In this document: piece after piece, positions 22,637 through 31,927 of the stretch | Numbering within the stretch: the stretch's first letter is position 1 | Layout of the letters: every line of letters begins with the position of its first letter | DNA from: a virus | Strand: one strand, 5' to 3' | DNA: 57,719 nt | IMG/VR virus record: IMGVR_UViG_3300012138_000001 | Notes under the pieces: generated by a model | Databases searched by the model: none | Seen by the model: the letters and a program-made list of their open reading frames with translations, nothing else | What the model was told of the DNA's origin: nothing | Position numbers and translations under genes: made by a program

Positions 22637-22831
22637 TTATTCCGTCACTTCCGGCATGCCAGTGATTACCGATGTCATCACGGAAGCAACCGCTGCTACT
22701 GCCGAAATAGACAGCATCCCAAGCCAATCAACATCGGACACCGCCTGTCCGACTGTAATCATTGTCAAGCCAGTCTGGCAAAAGGTCTTCAATGCTCTCA
22801 CGCCCGCTGCTTTTACCCATTCTCTACTCAT
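22637..22831 (-). CDS. holin (Phage_holin_1 / phiLC3-type, 64 aa)
   Basis: MSREWVKAAGVRALKTFCQTGL...VDWLGMLSISAVAAVASVMTSV; GAGGAA before ATG 22831. Confidence 0.8.
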   Translation of the reverse strand: MSREWVKAAGVRALKTFCQTGLTMITVGQAVSDVDWLGMLSISAVAAVASVMTSVITGMPEVTE

Positions 22832-22890
22832 TCTTAATTCCTCGCTTTCGTTTTGTAAAATAAAATAACCACCCGCAGGTGGATTGTTGC

Positions 22891-23307
22891 TCATGTCAAT
22901 TTATAATGTGGCCGTTCCTGCCCGAACCACCAATACCGAAGCCAGTCATCCAATATAATCCCGATCAGTGATACCGGCATCCACAGTACCACATATTGCG
23001 GACACACTTGACCAAAAATATTCCCCCACATACCGCTGTAATCCCATATTGCCCACCCGAAGCGCAGATTAACAATACAGCCGGTCAAAAACTCCAAGGC
23101 CGTTACGATACAGGTTCCAGCCAGCACCTGCCGCCATAGTGGCATTTCCCACGGTATGATCTCATTAATCAGCCCCAGGCAGACAAAACAGATGCCGCCC
23201 AGAATAAACATAGTCCAATGGCTGTATCCGCGCCATAGTAGTTCAATTATAACGTATAAGCTGCCGCCAGTAAGTAACAGGGTTAAATGCTTGATCAATT
23301 GTTTCAT
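22891..23307 (-). CDS. polytopic membrane protein, CmpB/DUF1113-like (138 aa)
   Basis: 4 predicted TM segments; WAIWDYSGMWGNIFGQVCPQY; sits between the fibre genes and the holin. Confidence 0.7.
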   Translation of the reverse strand: MKQLIKHLTLLLTGGSLYVIIELLWRGYSHWTMFILGGICFVCLGLINEIIPWEMPLWRQVLAGTCIVTALEFLTGCIVNLRFGWAIWDYSGMWGNIFGQVCPQYVVLWMPVSLIGIILDDWLRYWWFGQERPHYKLT

Positions 23308-24008
23308 GCGTTCCCTCCGGACACCGCTGCAATAATGGCAGCCATGTTATCCGCTAAATCAGTCGGCAAGGCTACGCCGTAGCTGATCGCGTCGAGTTCT
23401 GCAAATGACTCGGCGCGCCGAATCCACGCGTTGAGGTGATTGCAATACGTTGTGTGATATAGTTTGTGTTCTGTCGCGGCCGTGCCGATACTTATGATGT
23501 CCGCTGCTTGGTATAATTTACATAGCGTGCCGTCTGCGTGATAGGGATATGCCAGTGCGCCAGCTTGCACCGCTGCCACTGCTGCGGATAGATTGATTTG
23601 ATCTGTTTCGGTCAGGCCGTAGTGCTCTGTGCTACCGTCGGACAGCTGTACATCAAAACCGGCTACAATAGCTGTTGAGCAAGCCACTGCTATCTCTTGT
23701 AACTTGGATAGTCGCCGTTCCGGTAGGCTTGGCGTATATGGTTCCGGTGGTTCCTGCGGCATACCGGTAGACCCTTGATATGTACTGCCGTCATTGCTAA
23801 GATATACCGTTCGGCCTTCATCTCGATACACCGTTTCGTATCCGGTTATGGTGGTTGCCTCTTCGCCGCCGGATGTGTACAATGTGATTTCTCCCCATTC
23901 TACCGGAACCTCGTCAACAAAGACAATTTGCATAACAGCTGGTGTTTGTGAACGAATACTCTCAATATTATATAATTTCTTATTGTTTCCAATTTTAATT
24001 GCTTCCAT
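23304..24008 (-). CDS. tail-fibre-associated protein (234 aa)
   Basis: Position after the fibre gene; ATGA-type overlap downstream. Confidence 0.7.
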   Translation of the reverse strand: MEAIKIGNNKKLYNIESIRSQTPAVMQIVFVDEVPVEWGEITLYTSGGEEATTITGYETVYRDEGRTVYLSNDGSTYQGSTGMPQEPPEPYTPSLPERRLSKLQEIAVACSTAIVAGFDVQLSDGSTEHYGLTETDQINLSAAVAAVQAGALAYPYHADGTLCKLYQAADIISIGTAATEHKLYHTTYCNHLNAWIRRAESFAELDAISYGVALPTDLADNMAAIIAAVSGGNA

Positions 24009-24085
24009 TTTCGCGCTCCTTTTTCTTGATTTCCATACTTTATAATTTAATTGCGCAAATCATTTTTGCTCAATTAAACAATCGT

Positions 24086-24835
24086 TTAACCGATTGTTGT
24101 CGTGTCGATATCAAAGTCTACAATTATATATTGTGACGTAGATACGTCGCCGCGTGGAAATAATTGTACAACACCATTTGTAGGTATATTCATTTGCTGT
24201 ATATGAGTTGCCGCGGAACCATATCTACATATGGCCACTATACGAGGTTTCGCGGGTACTGACCAGGTTGCGTTTGCTAAATGCAAAACCGTAAACGGGG
24301 AAGTTGCGCCGACAACATTGTCATTAAGTTTTAAAAGCGCACTTACACGTAGGCGCTTCGCAATTTTATAGCAGCTATATAATGTGTACAATGTGACATT
24401 ATCGGAAAACAGCACAGCCTCAAATCCAGAAGCGTAGTCTACAACTGTAGTTAAATCACTATTTATTTTAGTGACTTGATCTTGTAACACTTTGGCTACC
24501 GCTGCCGAAACCGGCAATTGCGAGTTATTAGTGACGGCATTATTAACCAGCATGCCCACTGTGAGGATGCCGGTTTTGAAGTTATTAAAATCCTGAAAAA
24601 ACTTTCGAATTTTGCCAGCGACTGTCCTTGTCGTTTCGCCCGCTGCTGGTACGGGAAATTCTCCGGTGATTGTGTCAAATGTCGTTATTTGCGTATTGGA
24701 AATATCACCGGTTCTCAGTACTCTATCTTTCAATTCTGCATCAATGATATCGGCATTGTCGTTGAAATCACCGATGTTGTAAATATCCTCCTGGTTTGGT
24801 TTAATTAAATTGTAATTTTCTGTAAAGCTCGCCAT
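24086..24835 (-). CDS. tail fibre / receptor-binding protein (249 aa)
   Basis: N-terminal YNLIKPNQEDIYNIGDFNDNADIID motif common to Gram-positive phage fibres; follows the baseplate genes. Confidence 0.75.
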   Translation of the reverse strand: MASFTENYNLIKPNQEDIYNIGDFNDNADIIDAELKDRVLRTGDISNTQITTFDTITGEFPVPAAGETTRTVAGKIRKFFQDFNNFKTGILTVGMLVNNAVTNNSQLPVSAAVAKVLQDQVTKINSDLTTVVDYASGFEAVLFSDNVTLYTLYSCYKIAKRLRVSALLKLNDNVVGATSPFTVLHLANATWSVPAKPRIVAICRYGSAATHIQQMNIPTNGVVQLFPRGDVSTSQYIIVDFDIDTTTIG

Positions 24836-25371
24836 TACCCCAAGTCCTCCTCTCTGATTTTAAGATGCGTGAATTGCCCTAAAAACCCATGCGTGTAATC
24901 GCTTAGCGCTTGGTGCTGGTTGTATCTGATAGTGAGTGTATACACCAGATTTGCCGGAATAATCTTATCAAGCGTTATTTTTACTTCATTTACCCAGTTT
25001 TTTCCGTGTCGTAAACTGGCGATATTCAACGTGTAAGCGCGGTAATTCAATTCATAAGACCAGCCATCGGAACCCATAATGTTGTTCATAATGTTTTTCA
25101 ATGCTGTTTCTGTATATGGAATATCACTTATTAGCCTGTTTATTATCCGGCCACGCCTAAAATCAAGCGTTTCGGTCAATGGATCGGAAATTATACTTAG
25201 GGCGTTTTCCCACTGCAAAACCCCCCGTTCCGTAGCTATTACCGGAAACGCATCACGGAATGAATTTTCCGCAGATTCTGCCAATATATCCAATTCTGGC
25301 TGAATCGCGTTTATGATTTCCTGCACATCGATATTGTCGTCATAGATGCGATTATAAAAATCTCTTAACAT
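24835..25371 (-). CDS. baseplate protein, XkdU/YmfQ (DUF2313)-like
   Basis: Position after baseplate J; start overlaps stop. Confidence 0.8.
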   Translation of the reverse strand: MLRDFYNRIYDDNIDVQEIINAIQPELDILAESAENSFRDAFPVIATERGVLQWENALSIISDPLTETLDFRRGRIINRLISDIPYTETALKNIMNNIMGSDGWSYELNYRAYTLNIASLRHGKNWVNEVKITLDKIIPANLVYTLTIRYNQHQALSDYTHGFLGQFTHLKIREEDLG

Positions 25372-26465
25372 TAATTAATCACCACGCTTTCGAGTACCGG
25401 CAGGTGTTGGGACAAGGGCGATTGCTGAATATTTAAATCCGTCGGCGAACCATTAATTAATACATTTGTGACATTGTTGATTCCCGGCAGACTGATTATA
25501 GCAGATGTTATACGTGCGACAAATATTGACAAGCCATCAGAATCAGACCACTGTTTTCGCACTTCCAATATGTATTCAAGCAAAGCATCTTCGATCAATG
25601 ATTGTAACTGGCCAATCGTGTAGCCGCTTTGCAAATTAATAGAAGCCGTTATATTAATACTTAATTTGTCGGGCGTTACAACCGTCACCCGATGCCCAAT
25701 TGGAGCTATTCCAAGCCCTTCTCCGCTGTTCGGAATGGGATCTATTGCGGTCTGCACAACGCTAATAAACTCGCTTGTGGCAGGGTTATATTCTGCATCA
25801 ATAATGGATACCATCACCGTGCCGCCGCCATCCCAGACCGGAAACACCTTGGCTGCCCCGACACCCGGGATAGCCGTTGTAAACTGCTTGTAATCGGAAA
25901 CATTGCCGCCAAATGCGCGATTGTTAATTCTCTCAATTATGCGCTTTCTTAGTTCTTCGTCGGTTTCCGTGTCTTCCCCCGGTGTATATGTTCCAGTGAT
26001 GGCAGCGGAACCCAAGTTGTTGATGGTGAACAGCGGCAAAACGGGGCCGAGGTATGTATTTCCGACAGTGCCGGCAGTTTCGCATTCCAAAAGGCAGCGG
26101 CCGGTGACTTCGAATCTCTCGGTTAACACAAAAATCTGCCCGCCGGAAAGCGCAGGGACAGAAAAACGGCTCCCTGTGGCCAGATCAATAGGATTACCGT
26201 CCGTATCGGCCATTTCGCCGATCCTGATTGCCCTGGTAGCCTGATTCCTTGTGATGCCATGATTGGCGGCCAGATTTTCCAAGTTGATGCCGACAGCGGA
26301 CAATATTGACACCTGCTCTTGAAAAATCGTCGCCACGATGCTCTGCTGCGCTAATTCCGCAGCCACTGGCGCAAGAGTGTCATATATGATCGATCCCTGC
26401 CTCTTGTCCCGTGTCGTGGACACTCTCGCAAGCATTCGTGTCAATATTTCGTCAAATGATGCCAT
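25371..26465 (-). CDS. baseplate J-like protein (XkdT-like, 364 aa)
   Basis: Size, position and N-terminal MASFDEILTRMLARV...GSIIYD pattern. Confidence 0.9.
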   Translation of the reverse strand: MASFDEILTRMLARVSTTRDKRQGSIIYDTLAPVAAELAQQSIVATIFQEQVSILSAVGINLENLAANHGITRNQATRAIRIGEMADTDGNPIDLATGSRFSVPALSGGQIFVLTERFEVTGRCLLECETAGTVGNTYLGPVLPLFTINNLGSAAITGTYTPGEDTETDEELRKRIIERINNRAFGGNVSDYKQFTTAIPGVGAAKVFPVWDGGGTVMVSIIDAEYNPATSEFISVVQTAIDPIPNSGEGLGIAPIGHRVTVVTPDKLSINITASINLQSGYTIGQLQSLIEDALLEYILEVRKQWSDSDGLSIFVARITSAIISLPGINNVTNVLINGSPTDLNIQQSPLSQHLPVLESVVIN

Positions 26466-26856
26466 TTACTGTCACCTCGCTTCCAAATGTACCTCTATCG
26501 CTTGTTACTTTAAATTCGATTAGTGCCCCGTCTCTTGATGCCCGGCTTACATTTATGACCGAAACCGCCGTAATCCGATCATCCTGCAAAAGCGCGTCTC
26601 TTAGTGTTTTTTGAATCGTATCGCGCAAAAATGAGAACGGCCTGCCGATATATTTTTTAAATTCAACCCCGCGATTATCGCTGTAAATCGGATACGCATA
26701 ACGCTCCGTTGATAGAATATGGTATACCGCCTGTTGTATCGCTTCAATTCCGTCCACGTTGCCGGAAATTTGATTATCAGTGATGCGATACGTAAATGTC
26801 GGATATTGAACTACGTTGATTTGATCTATTGTAACTCCACTTACCTGCGGTATCAT
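26452..26856 (-). CDS. baseplate wedge protein, XkdS/gp25-like (DUF2634)
   Basis: Position; YAYPIYSDNRGVEF motif. Confidence 0.8.
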   Translation of the reverse strand: MIPQVSGVTIDQINVVQYPTFTYRITDNQISGNVDGIEAIQQAVYHILSTERYAYPIYSDNRGVEFKKYIGRPFSFLRDTIQKTLRDALLQDDRITAVSVINVSRASRDGALIEFKVTSDRGTFGSEVTVNGII

Positions 26857-27179
26857 TTCAATGCACTCCTTTCGACAAAATAACGCTGGCTAGCATTAAA
26901 TGACATCAGAGTCACCTTTTCCCCGACCGCAAGATCGCCCCACAACCGAACAGTTTCCCCGGCGACCGTGATTGTTTTCGCCTTGCAAAGTGGAGACAGG
27001 ACAAGTGCACCCGCCGGTAATGGCAATTCTCGGCTTTCAGATGCCATGATCAGTATTTGCAGTGGTGATACACTGGCAACGGTCCCGTCGAATATCTCCG
27101 ACCGTATCACGCTTGCGCTGTCATTGCCTATTTTGGTCACTACTCCGGCCAACCTGTTAGCTGATATTCCCATATACAC
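26853..27179 (-). CDS. XkdR-like (DUF2577) baseplate/spike protein
   Basis: Position between the XkdQ- and XkdS-like genes. Confidence 0.7.
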   Translation of the reverse strand: MYMGISANRLAGVVTKIGNDSASVIRSEIFDGTVASVSPLQILIMASESRELPLPAGALVLSPLCKAKTITVAGETVRLWGDLAVGEKVTLMSFNASQRYFVERSALK

Positions 27180-28173
27180 CTCCCATGATAGATACTTCCA
27201 GTTGCATTGTGTGTAGCCCCTGCTGGTAGTTGTGTGATGCCGATACTATCCACATATCCTGTTTGATGCCCAGCTTAGCGATTGACAGTGTAAATCCGCT
27301 ACCGGCAATCAGTTCCGGTATGCCGAGCGCATTCAGTTTCAAGGTCTGCGCTTCCCTGTTGTATCTTTTCAGATACTTGGCGGCCAAATCCGTCATTTGC
27401 TCGACAGTCATTGGTGTGTCAATTTCTTCGACCATCTGTAATACACCCCATTGTTTCTGTGATTCCGCGTAGGGCGATACGTGGGAGATTATCCTCCCCG
27501 CCGCTTCGTCTGTCCGTGTTATCTTGATCCGGTTGTAGACGTCCTTGTCGATGCTGAGCTTGTACGTGTAGTCCGTCAATAGTGATCCATCGCCAATAAT
27601 ATAATTCGTCTTGCACTGCGCCAGCTCTGTAAATTCGAGCGTGCCGAAATTATCGCGGATAAAATAATACTTCCCGGCCTCATGAACGATTGACTGCTCA
27701 ATACCGTACTGAATAACCTCGTACAGCGTGCCATTATGTATCTTGTATTCCGGCACCCACACCGACGGCGTAACGACCTTATACTGCGAATCGGTTTTCC
27801 GTCCGGCAGATTCACCGAAGTTCTCACTGCAAACCAACTCAAATATTTGGCTGGCGGTCACGCCCTCGGTAACATAGACTTCCTTGTTTTGCAGGTACCG
27901 AATCTGATCATAGGCTGTTATTTTGTTGTCGCCATCTCTGGATGTTTCCATCGAGAATACATAGCCGTAGAAAATACCGCGTCCGTTGACGGAAAACTTG
28001 ATGATGCTGCCATTGACGATTTGCAGCCGGTTGCCCGGATCGTCGCGTACTGTAAATGTGCATTTGCCCGGCTGCCCGCTGATAAAAGTATCGTGCGTTA
28101 TGGAATCCACCAAAGTGGTAATATCGTACATCGTGCCGGTCAATGTGTTCTGGCATTGAATAGTGTATTGCAT
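27157..28173 (-). CDS. XkdQ / late-control-D-like baseplate hub protein
   Basis: ATG 28173 (TAATG overlap with the LysM gene stop, AAGGGTGGGTGA upstream); size and position. Confidence 0.8.
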   Translation of the reverse strand: MQYTIQCQNTLTGTMYDITTLVDSITHDTFISGQPGKCTFTVRDDPGNRLQIVNGSIIKFSVNGRGIFYGYVFSMETSRDGDNKITAYDQIRYLQNKEVYVTEGVTASQIFELVCSENFGESAGRKTDSQYKVVTPSVWVPEYKIHNGTLYEVIQYGIEQSIVHEAGKYYFIRDNFGTLEFTELAQCKTNYIIGDGSLLTDYTYKLSIDKDVYNRIKITRTDEAAGRIISHVSPYAESQKQWGVLQMVEEIDTPMTVEQMTDLAAKYLKRYNREAQTLKLNALGIPELIAGSGFTLSIAKLGIKQDMWIVSASHNYQQGLHTMQLEVSIMGGVYGNIS

Positions 28174-28802
28174 TAAGTCACCCACCCTTGCGGAATCACG
28201 TAGACCTGGCCGGGATAAATAAGATTCGGATTACTACCAACCACTGCCTTATTTGCCGCGTATAGCTCCGGCCAGTTCGCACCGTTCCCGGACAGCCGCC
28301 TTGTGATTGCCCATAAATTATCGCCGCTCTTGACCGTGTAGGTCTGCGGTACCGACTCAGAGTTGTCTTTTCTCGGTTCTTCCGGCACCGTCGCGCTGGC
28401 AGTCTCTTCCACCGCTTGTACGACGATAATTTTGGCACCATAAGGGCGGTATTCCGACAGCGAAAGGGTGTAATATACTCTGTGCTCTTCTCCCGCCTTA
28501 CGAGCATGCTTAAAGTCATCGACAACCACATCCATGTTAATATCAATGTCACTCGCCGTGAATTCTCCGGCCCGCTCGGAATTCCGCCAGTCTTCGATAA
28601 ATTCAATAAACTCGTCGCCATCGTCTTCGATAAAGCTTTCAATTACGAAAGTGGCAAGGCCCGGCTTGCGCGGAATTACAACTTCGCCGGTTCCGATAAT
28701 ATTAACTGTCTCGTTGTTCCCAGGTATTGATATTTCAATTTCCTCCGGCGCGATCGGCAACTCGTAATCACCGTCGCTTGTCTCAATAATGATATCTATC
28801 AT
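28173..28802 (-). CDS. LysM-domain tail protein (XkdP-like)
   Basis: C-terminal YTVKSGDNLWAITRRLSGNGANWPELYAANK...IYPGQVYVIP. Confidence 0.9.
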   Translation of the reverse strand: MIDIIIETSDGDYELPIAPEEIEISIPGNNETVNIIGTGEVVIPRKPGLATFVIESFIEDDGDEFIEFIEDWRNSERAGEFTASDIDINMDVVVDDFKHARKAGEEHRVYYTLSLSEYRPYGAKIIVVQAVEETASATVPEEPRKDNSESVPQTYTVKSGDNLWAITRRLSGNGANWPELYAANKAVVGSNPNLIYPGQVYVIPQGWVT

Positions 28803-30844
28803 GTCAGCACCACCCTCGAATCCGCAGCTTCTTCAAGCACTGCCGCTATCTCTTCGACAACGTAGTCAACATCTACAGTTTCCCGGACCGTACCAATAGT
28901 CACAGTCATTTGCGGTTTCAGTGTTTGAAAGGTCACTTGATAATCAATAGTTGCCAAGTCCATCAGCAGCTTAATGTCTTCGCCGGAAATCTTGACTTCG
29001 CCAGTAGTCTTTAATGCTTTTCCGCCGCCTGGGCCCGCAGCGGTGTATTTGCTTAAATCAAAATTGGTAAGTTTATCCCCGATGCCGCCCAGCTTGTCGC
29101 CGATACCTGCAAATTTTTCGGAAAATTCATTCATTGTATCACTGATGTCTTTGTATTCTCTGGGAGCAACAAACTCTTCCCAGCCCATGGCTTCTTTTGC
29201 CGCATCACGGGCAGCACCAAGTTCCTCTATCTTGCTCTCAAGATACCCGGATACCCCAGAGCCAATATCGCTACTAACGCCTGGTATTATGCTTATAAGG
29301 TCTATAATAGCCTTAACCATACCGTCAACAACCTCAAGGACTCCTATTGACATATCGTAGAACAAAACCTTTACGGCCCCTATGGGGTCTTTGAATGCAT
29401 TACCAATAAAATTCACAAAGGACGCTATTGCATTCCATGCCAATGTTACAACATTATCTACAACGGCGTATAGCGCCCCAAACCCCGCACCCGCAACACT
29501 CAAAACATCCGTTACCGTTACCCCGGCATCAACCAGCGCGGAGGATACGGCTACTATCAATCCGATAATCAGAAGCAACGGCAGGTTTGCGAGCGCCCAC
29601 GATACGGCCCATATTGCCGCAGCCGCCAACACAACCACGCTAAGTATCGTTAATCCCATCACAACTTTATCAATGTTTTCATTAATCCAGGTAACGGCAG
29701 TTACAGCTTTCTGCGCCATCCAGTCAAATGCATTCGCCGCCATTTCTGATCCTATCGCCATGAGTGGGAGAAGCTGGTCACCAATCGCCTTTTGTGATTT
29801 TTCGATTGATTTGTTAAATTTGTTCATGACCGTCGCCGTTCCGTCAGTGGTCGTCCCCCATTTTCCAGTGGCGTCAAGAACTGAAACAACGGAACCCTTG
29901 ATAGTGTTGGTTATCCGGTTGATCAGGCGCATGGTGCTATATACTCCGGCAGCTTTCGATAGCCAACCGCCGAACGGATTTGCTGCTCCTTTTATTTTTT
30001 GCGCAATTCCAGAAAGTCCGTCTTGTATCTTTGCAAGCTGGCGTTCCGACTTGAGCATTTCCTTGTTCCATTCTTCGGCTTCTTTGCTTCCTGACATTTC
30101 CTTTATTTTTTGCTCCAGTTGCTCAACCTTACTTTTTTGTTGTCCATAGGCCGCATTTGCTTTCATTAATGCAACCTCTGTCCTTCCGTAGGTTCCGTTA
30201 AGCTTATCTTGTGCCGCTATGAGTTTGTCTATCACGGATTGCCGTTTTTCCGAATACGCGAGTTCCTGTGCTGCATTTAATTCGTGTATCTTTGCTTCAT
30301 TTCTATCCATGGCCTCCGTGATCCTATCCAATTCACTCTGGTAATTGGCCGCGCTCTGCGAAGCGATATTCATGGCATCATAAGCTTTTTGAAGTGCATT
30401 TTCCACCGCTAATATTGATGATGATGTTGATTGCATAGCTGCGGATGTATTTGTTGTTGCTTGATTTATTACTTGCAATGCGTCTTCTGTATCTGTTATT
30501 GATTCGGTCGCTGATTGTGCAGACGAAGATACATCATCAACGGCCTGGCTTGTTGTATTTATTGCAGCTTCGGCCGCCGACATACTATCAACTACGGCAT
30601 CAATAGGATCAGCAGCATCTTGTGCGACAACTGATGTGTCCGCCAAGCTCTGATTCATTTGATCTACAGCATCTCCTGCTGTTTCTGCATCAGTTGCTAC
30701 CGGGGAAAAAACCGAACTTAATTGTTCAATTTTTTGAACAAGGTCATTCGTTGCTGATGTAGTGCCTGTCATCGCATTAGTAATACTAGCAAGGACGGCG
30801 CTCATTTGATCCTCAAGCGCCAATGTGCTACTGATCGTACTCAT
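28799..30844 (-). CDS. tape measure protein (681 aa)
   Basis: Ala/Ser/Thr-rich coiled-coil N-terminus, central hydrophobic block, position after the chaperone. Confidence 0.9.
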   Translation of the reverse strand: MSTISSTLALEDQMSAVLASITNAMTGTTSATNDLVQKIEQLSSVFSPVATDAETAGDAVDQMNQSLADTSVVAQDAADPIDAVVDSMSAAEAAINTTSQAVDDVSSSAQSATESITDTEDALQVINQATTNTSAAMQSTSSSILAVENALQKAYDAMNIASQSAANYQSELDRITEAMDRNEAKIHELNAAQELAYSEKRQSVIDKLIAAQDKLNGTYGRTEVALMKANAAYGQQKSKVEQLEQKIKEMSGSKEAEEWNKEMLKSERQLAKIQDGLSGIAQKIKGAANPFGGWLSKAAGVYSTMRLINRITNTIKGSVVSVLDATGKWGTTTDGTATVMNKFNKSIEKSQKAIGDQLLPLMAIGSEMAANAFDWMAQKAVTAVTWINENIDKVVMGLTILSVVVLAAAAIWAVSWALANLPLLLIIGLIVAVSSALVDAGVTVTDVLSVAGAGFGALYAVVDNVVTLAWNAIASFVNFIGNAFKDPIGAVKVLFYDMSIGVLEVVDGMVKAIIDLISIIPGVSSDIGSGVSGYLESKIEELGAARDAAKEAMGWEEFVAPREYKDISDTMNEFSEKFAGIGDKLGGIGDKLTNFDLSKYTAAGPGGGKALKTTGEVKISGEDIKLLMDLATIDYQVTFQTLKPQMTVTIGTVRETVDVDYVVEEIAAVLEEAADSRVVLT

Positions 30845-30854
30845 GATATAATGT

Positions 30855-31076
30855 TCACCTGCCCCCCTTCCTTATCCTCGGCTTTGTTTGTACTTCTTTT
30901 TGCCGACGTTTTGCATCATCTATTTTATTTCCTATACAAGCAATTACAAAAGCCTCTTCTTTTCGCGGATCGATGCATTCTTTGGAAAGTCCGACAAACT
31001 CATGCGGCTTATAGCCCATGTTAAGGACGGCATATTGGCAATATGCCGCCTCGCCGTCGGACGCTATAAGTTTTTT
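30855..31076 (-). CDS. -1 frameshift extension of the tail assembly chaperone (71 extra codons)
   Basis: A_AAA_AAC heptamer at 31070-31076, two codons before the zero-frame TAG; the -1 frame is open to TGA 30855-30857, 10 nt before the tape measure ATG. Confidence 0.65.
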   Translation of the reverse strand, partial: KKLIASDGEAAYCQYAVLNMGYKPHEFVGLSKECIDPRKEEAFVIACIGNKIDDAKRRQKEVQTKPRIRKGGR

Positions 31077-31441
31077 GCTTCTTCTATATCCTTGTCAATA
31101 TCGCTCAAATCGCTTATTTCCATGATTTTATTGACAATCCTTGCGGTCGTTCCGGCAGTAAATTTCCTGTTAATAAAATCCGCAACGGTATCGCACTTTG
31201 CTTTTTCCAAAAAATCCGCATCCTTAAGATTTGGATCTATTACATGATTTTCAATAACCAAGCAATTTAACTTATTAACATCAATATCGTTATCTTTTTT
31301 TTTGCTCCGTATACGATATCCTTGCAACTGCTTCTCGGTTAATGGTTCAACCACAAACGAACCAAGTTGTTTGCTAATATATATATCTTTTTTGATTTCT
31401 GACACGTCCGGCAATAACAATAAATCCTGTAATCTACTCAT
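31064..31441 (-). CDS. tail assembly chaperone, XkdN-like (125 aa)
   Basis: Position between tube and tape measure; VIDPNLKDADF motif. Confidence 0.8.
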   Translation of the reverse strand: MSRLQDLLLLPDVSEIKKDIYISKQLGSFVVEPLTEKQLQGYRIRSKKKDNDIDVNKLNCLVIENHVIDPNLKDADFLEKAKCDTVADFINRKFTAGTTARIVNKIMEISDLSDIDKDIEEAKNL

Positions 31442-31453
31442 GAAAAATCCTCC

Positions 31454-31912
31454 TTAAACTGGTGTATTAAAATACTCCAGGCCATCTACTTCGCTGAACG
31501 TAAAATCAAAACTTCCTTCCAACGATTCACTGTCCACGTCAAGCTGAACGATATCGCCACCATTAATACTTACCTGCCCCAACTTTATAGTTTGCCGTCC
31601 TGCGGAACTGGCCGGATCGTCGTTGGTGGCGGTAATTGTGAAAAACGGCATAACTCCCGTCTTCGCCCCTCTGATAATCATTGCGGTAAAAACCGGCGAC
31701 AGCCAGTGATAGGTGCATGATCCCGTTCCTGTCCATCCTGCATACTTGTGTCTTGTTGCTCTGTCCCCGAGCACATTGTACTCGCTTTTATTAAATTCTA
31801 TAGAACCGGTTAAAGTCTTAATCTCGCCCAATGTTACAACGTTTCCGCTGATAACTGCGGTAACTGTTCCTTCTCTTCCATGGACGGGAACTGCATCAAA
31901 TGCTAATGCCAT
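31454..31912 (-). CDS. tail tube protein (XkdM-like)
   Basis: Follows the sheath gene; 152 aa. Confidence 0.9.
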   Translation of the reverse strand: MALAFDAVPVHGREGTVTAVISGNVVTLGEIKTLTGSIEFNKSEYNVLGDRATRHKYAGWTGTGSCTYHWLSPVFTAMIIRGAKTGVMPFFTITATNDDPASSAGRQTIKLGQVSINGGDIVQLDVDSESLEGSFDFTFSEVDGLEYFNTPV

Positions 31913-31927
31913 CTATAGTCCTCCTTT

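Noticed and set aside
23304-24835. Diversity-generating retroelement targeting the fibre genes
   Set aside because: No reverse-transcriptase ORF exists anywhere in the window, and no template/variable repeat pair was noticed near the fibre 3' ends.
28974-30149. Long plus-strand ORFs (28974..29360, 29382..30149) antisense to the tape measure gene
   Set aside because: These are compositional artefacts of the Ala/Ser/Thr-rich tape measure coding strand. They have no RBS and give low-complexity products.
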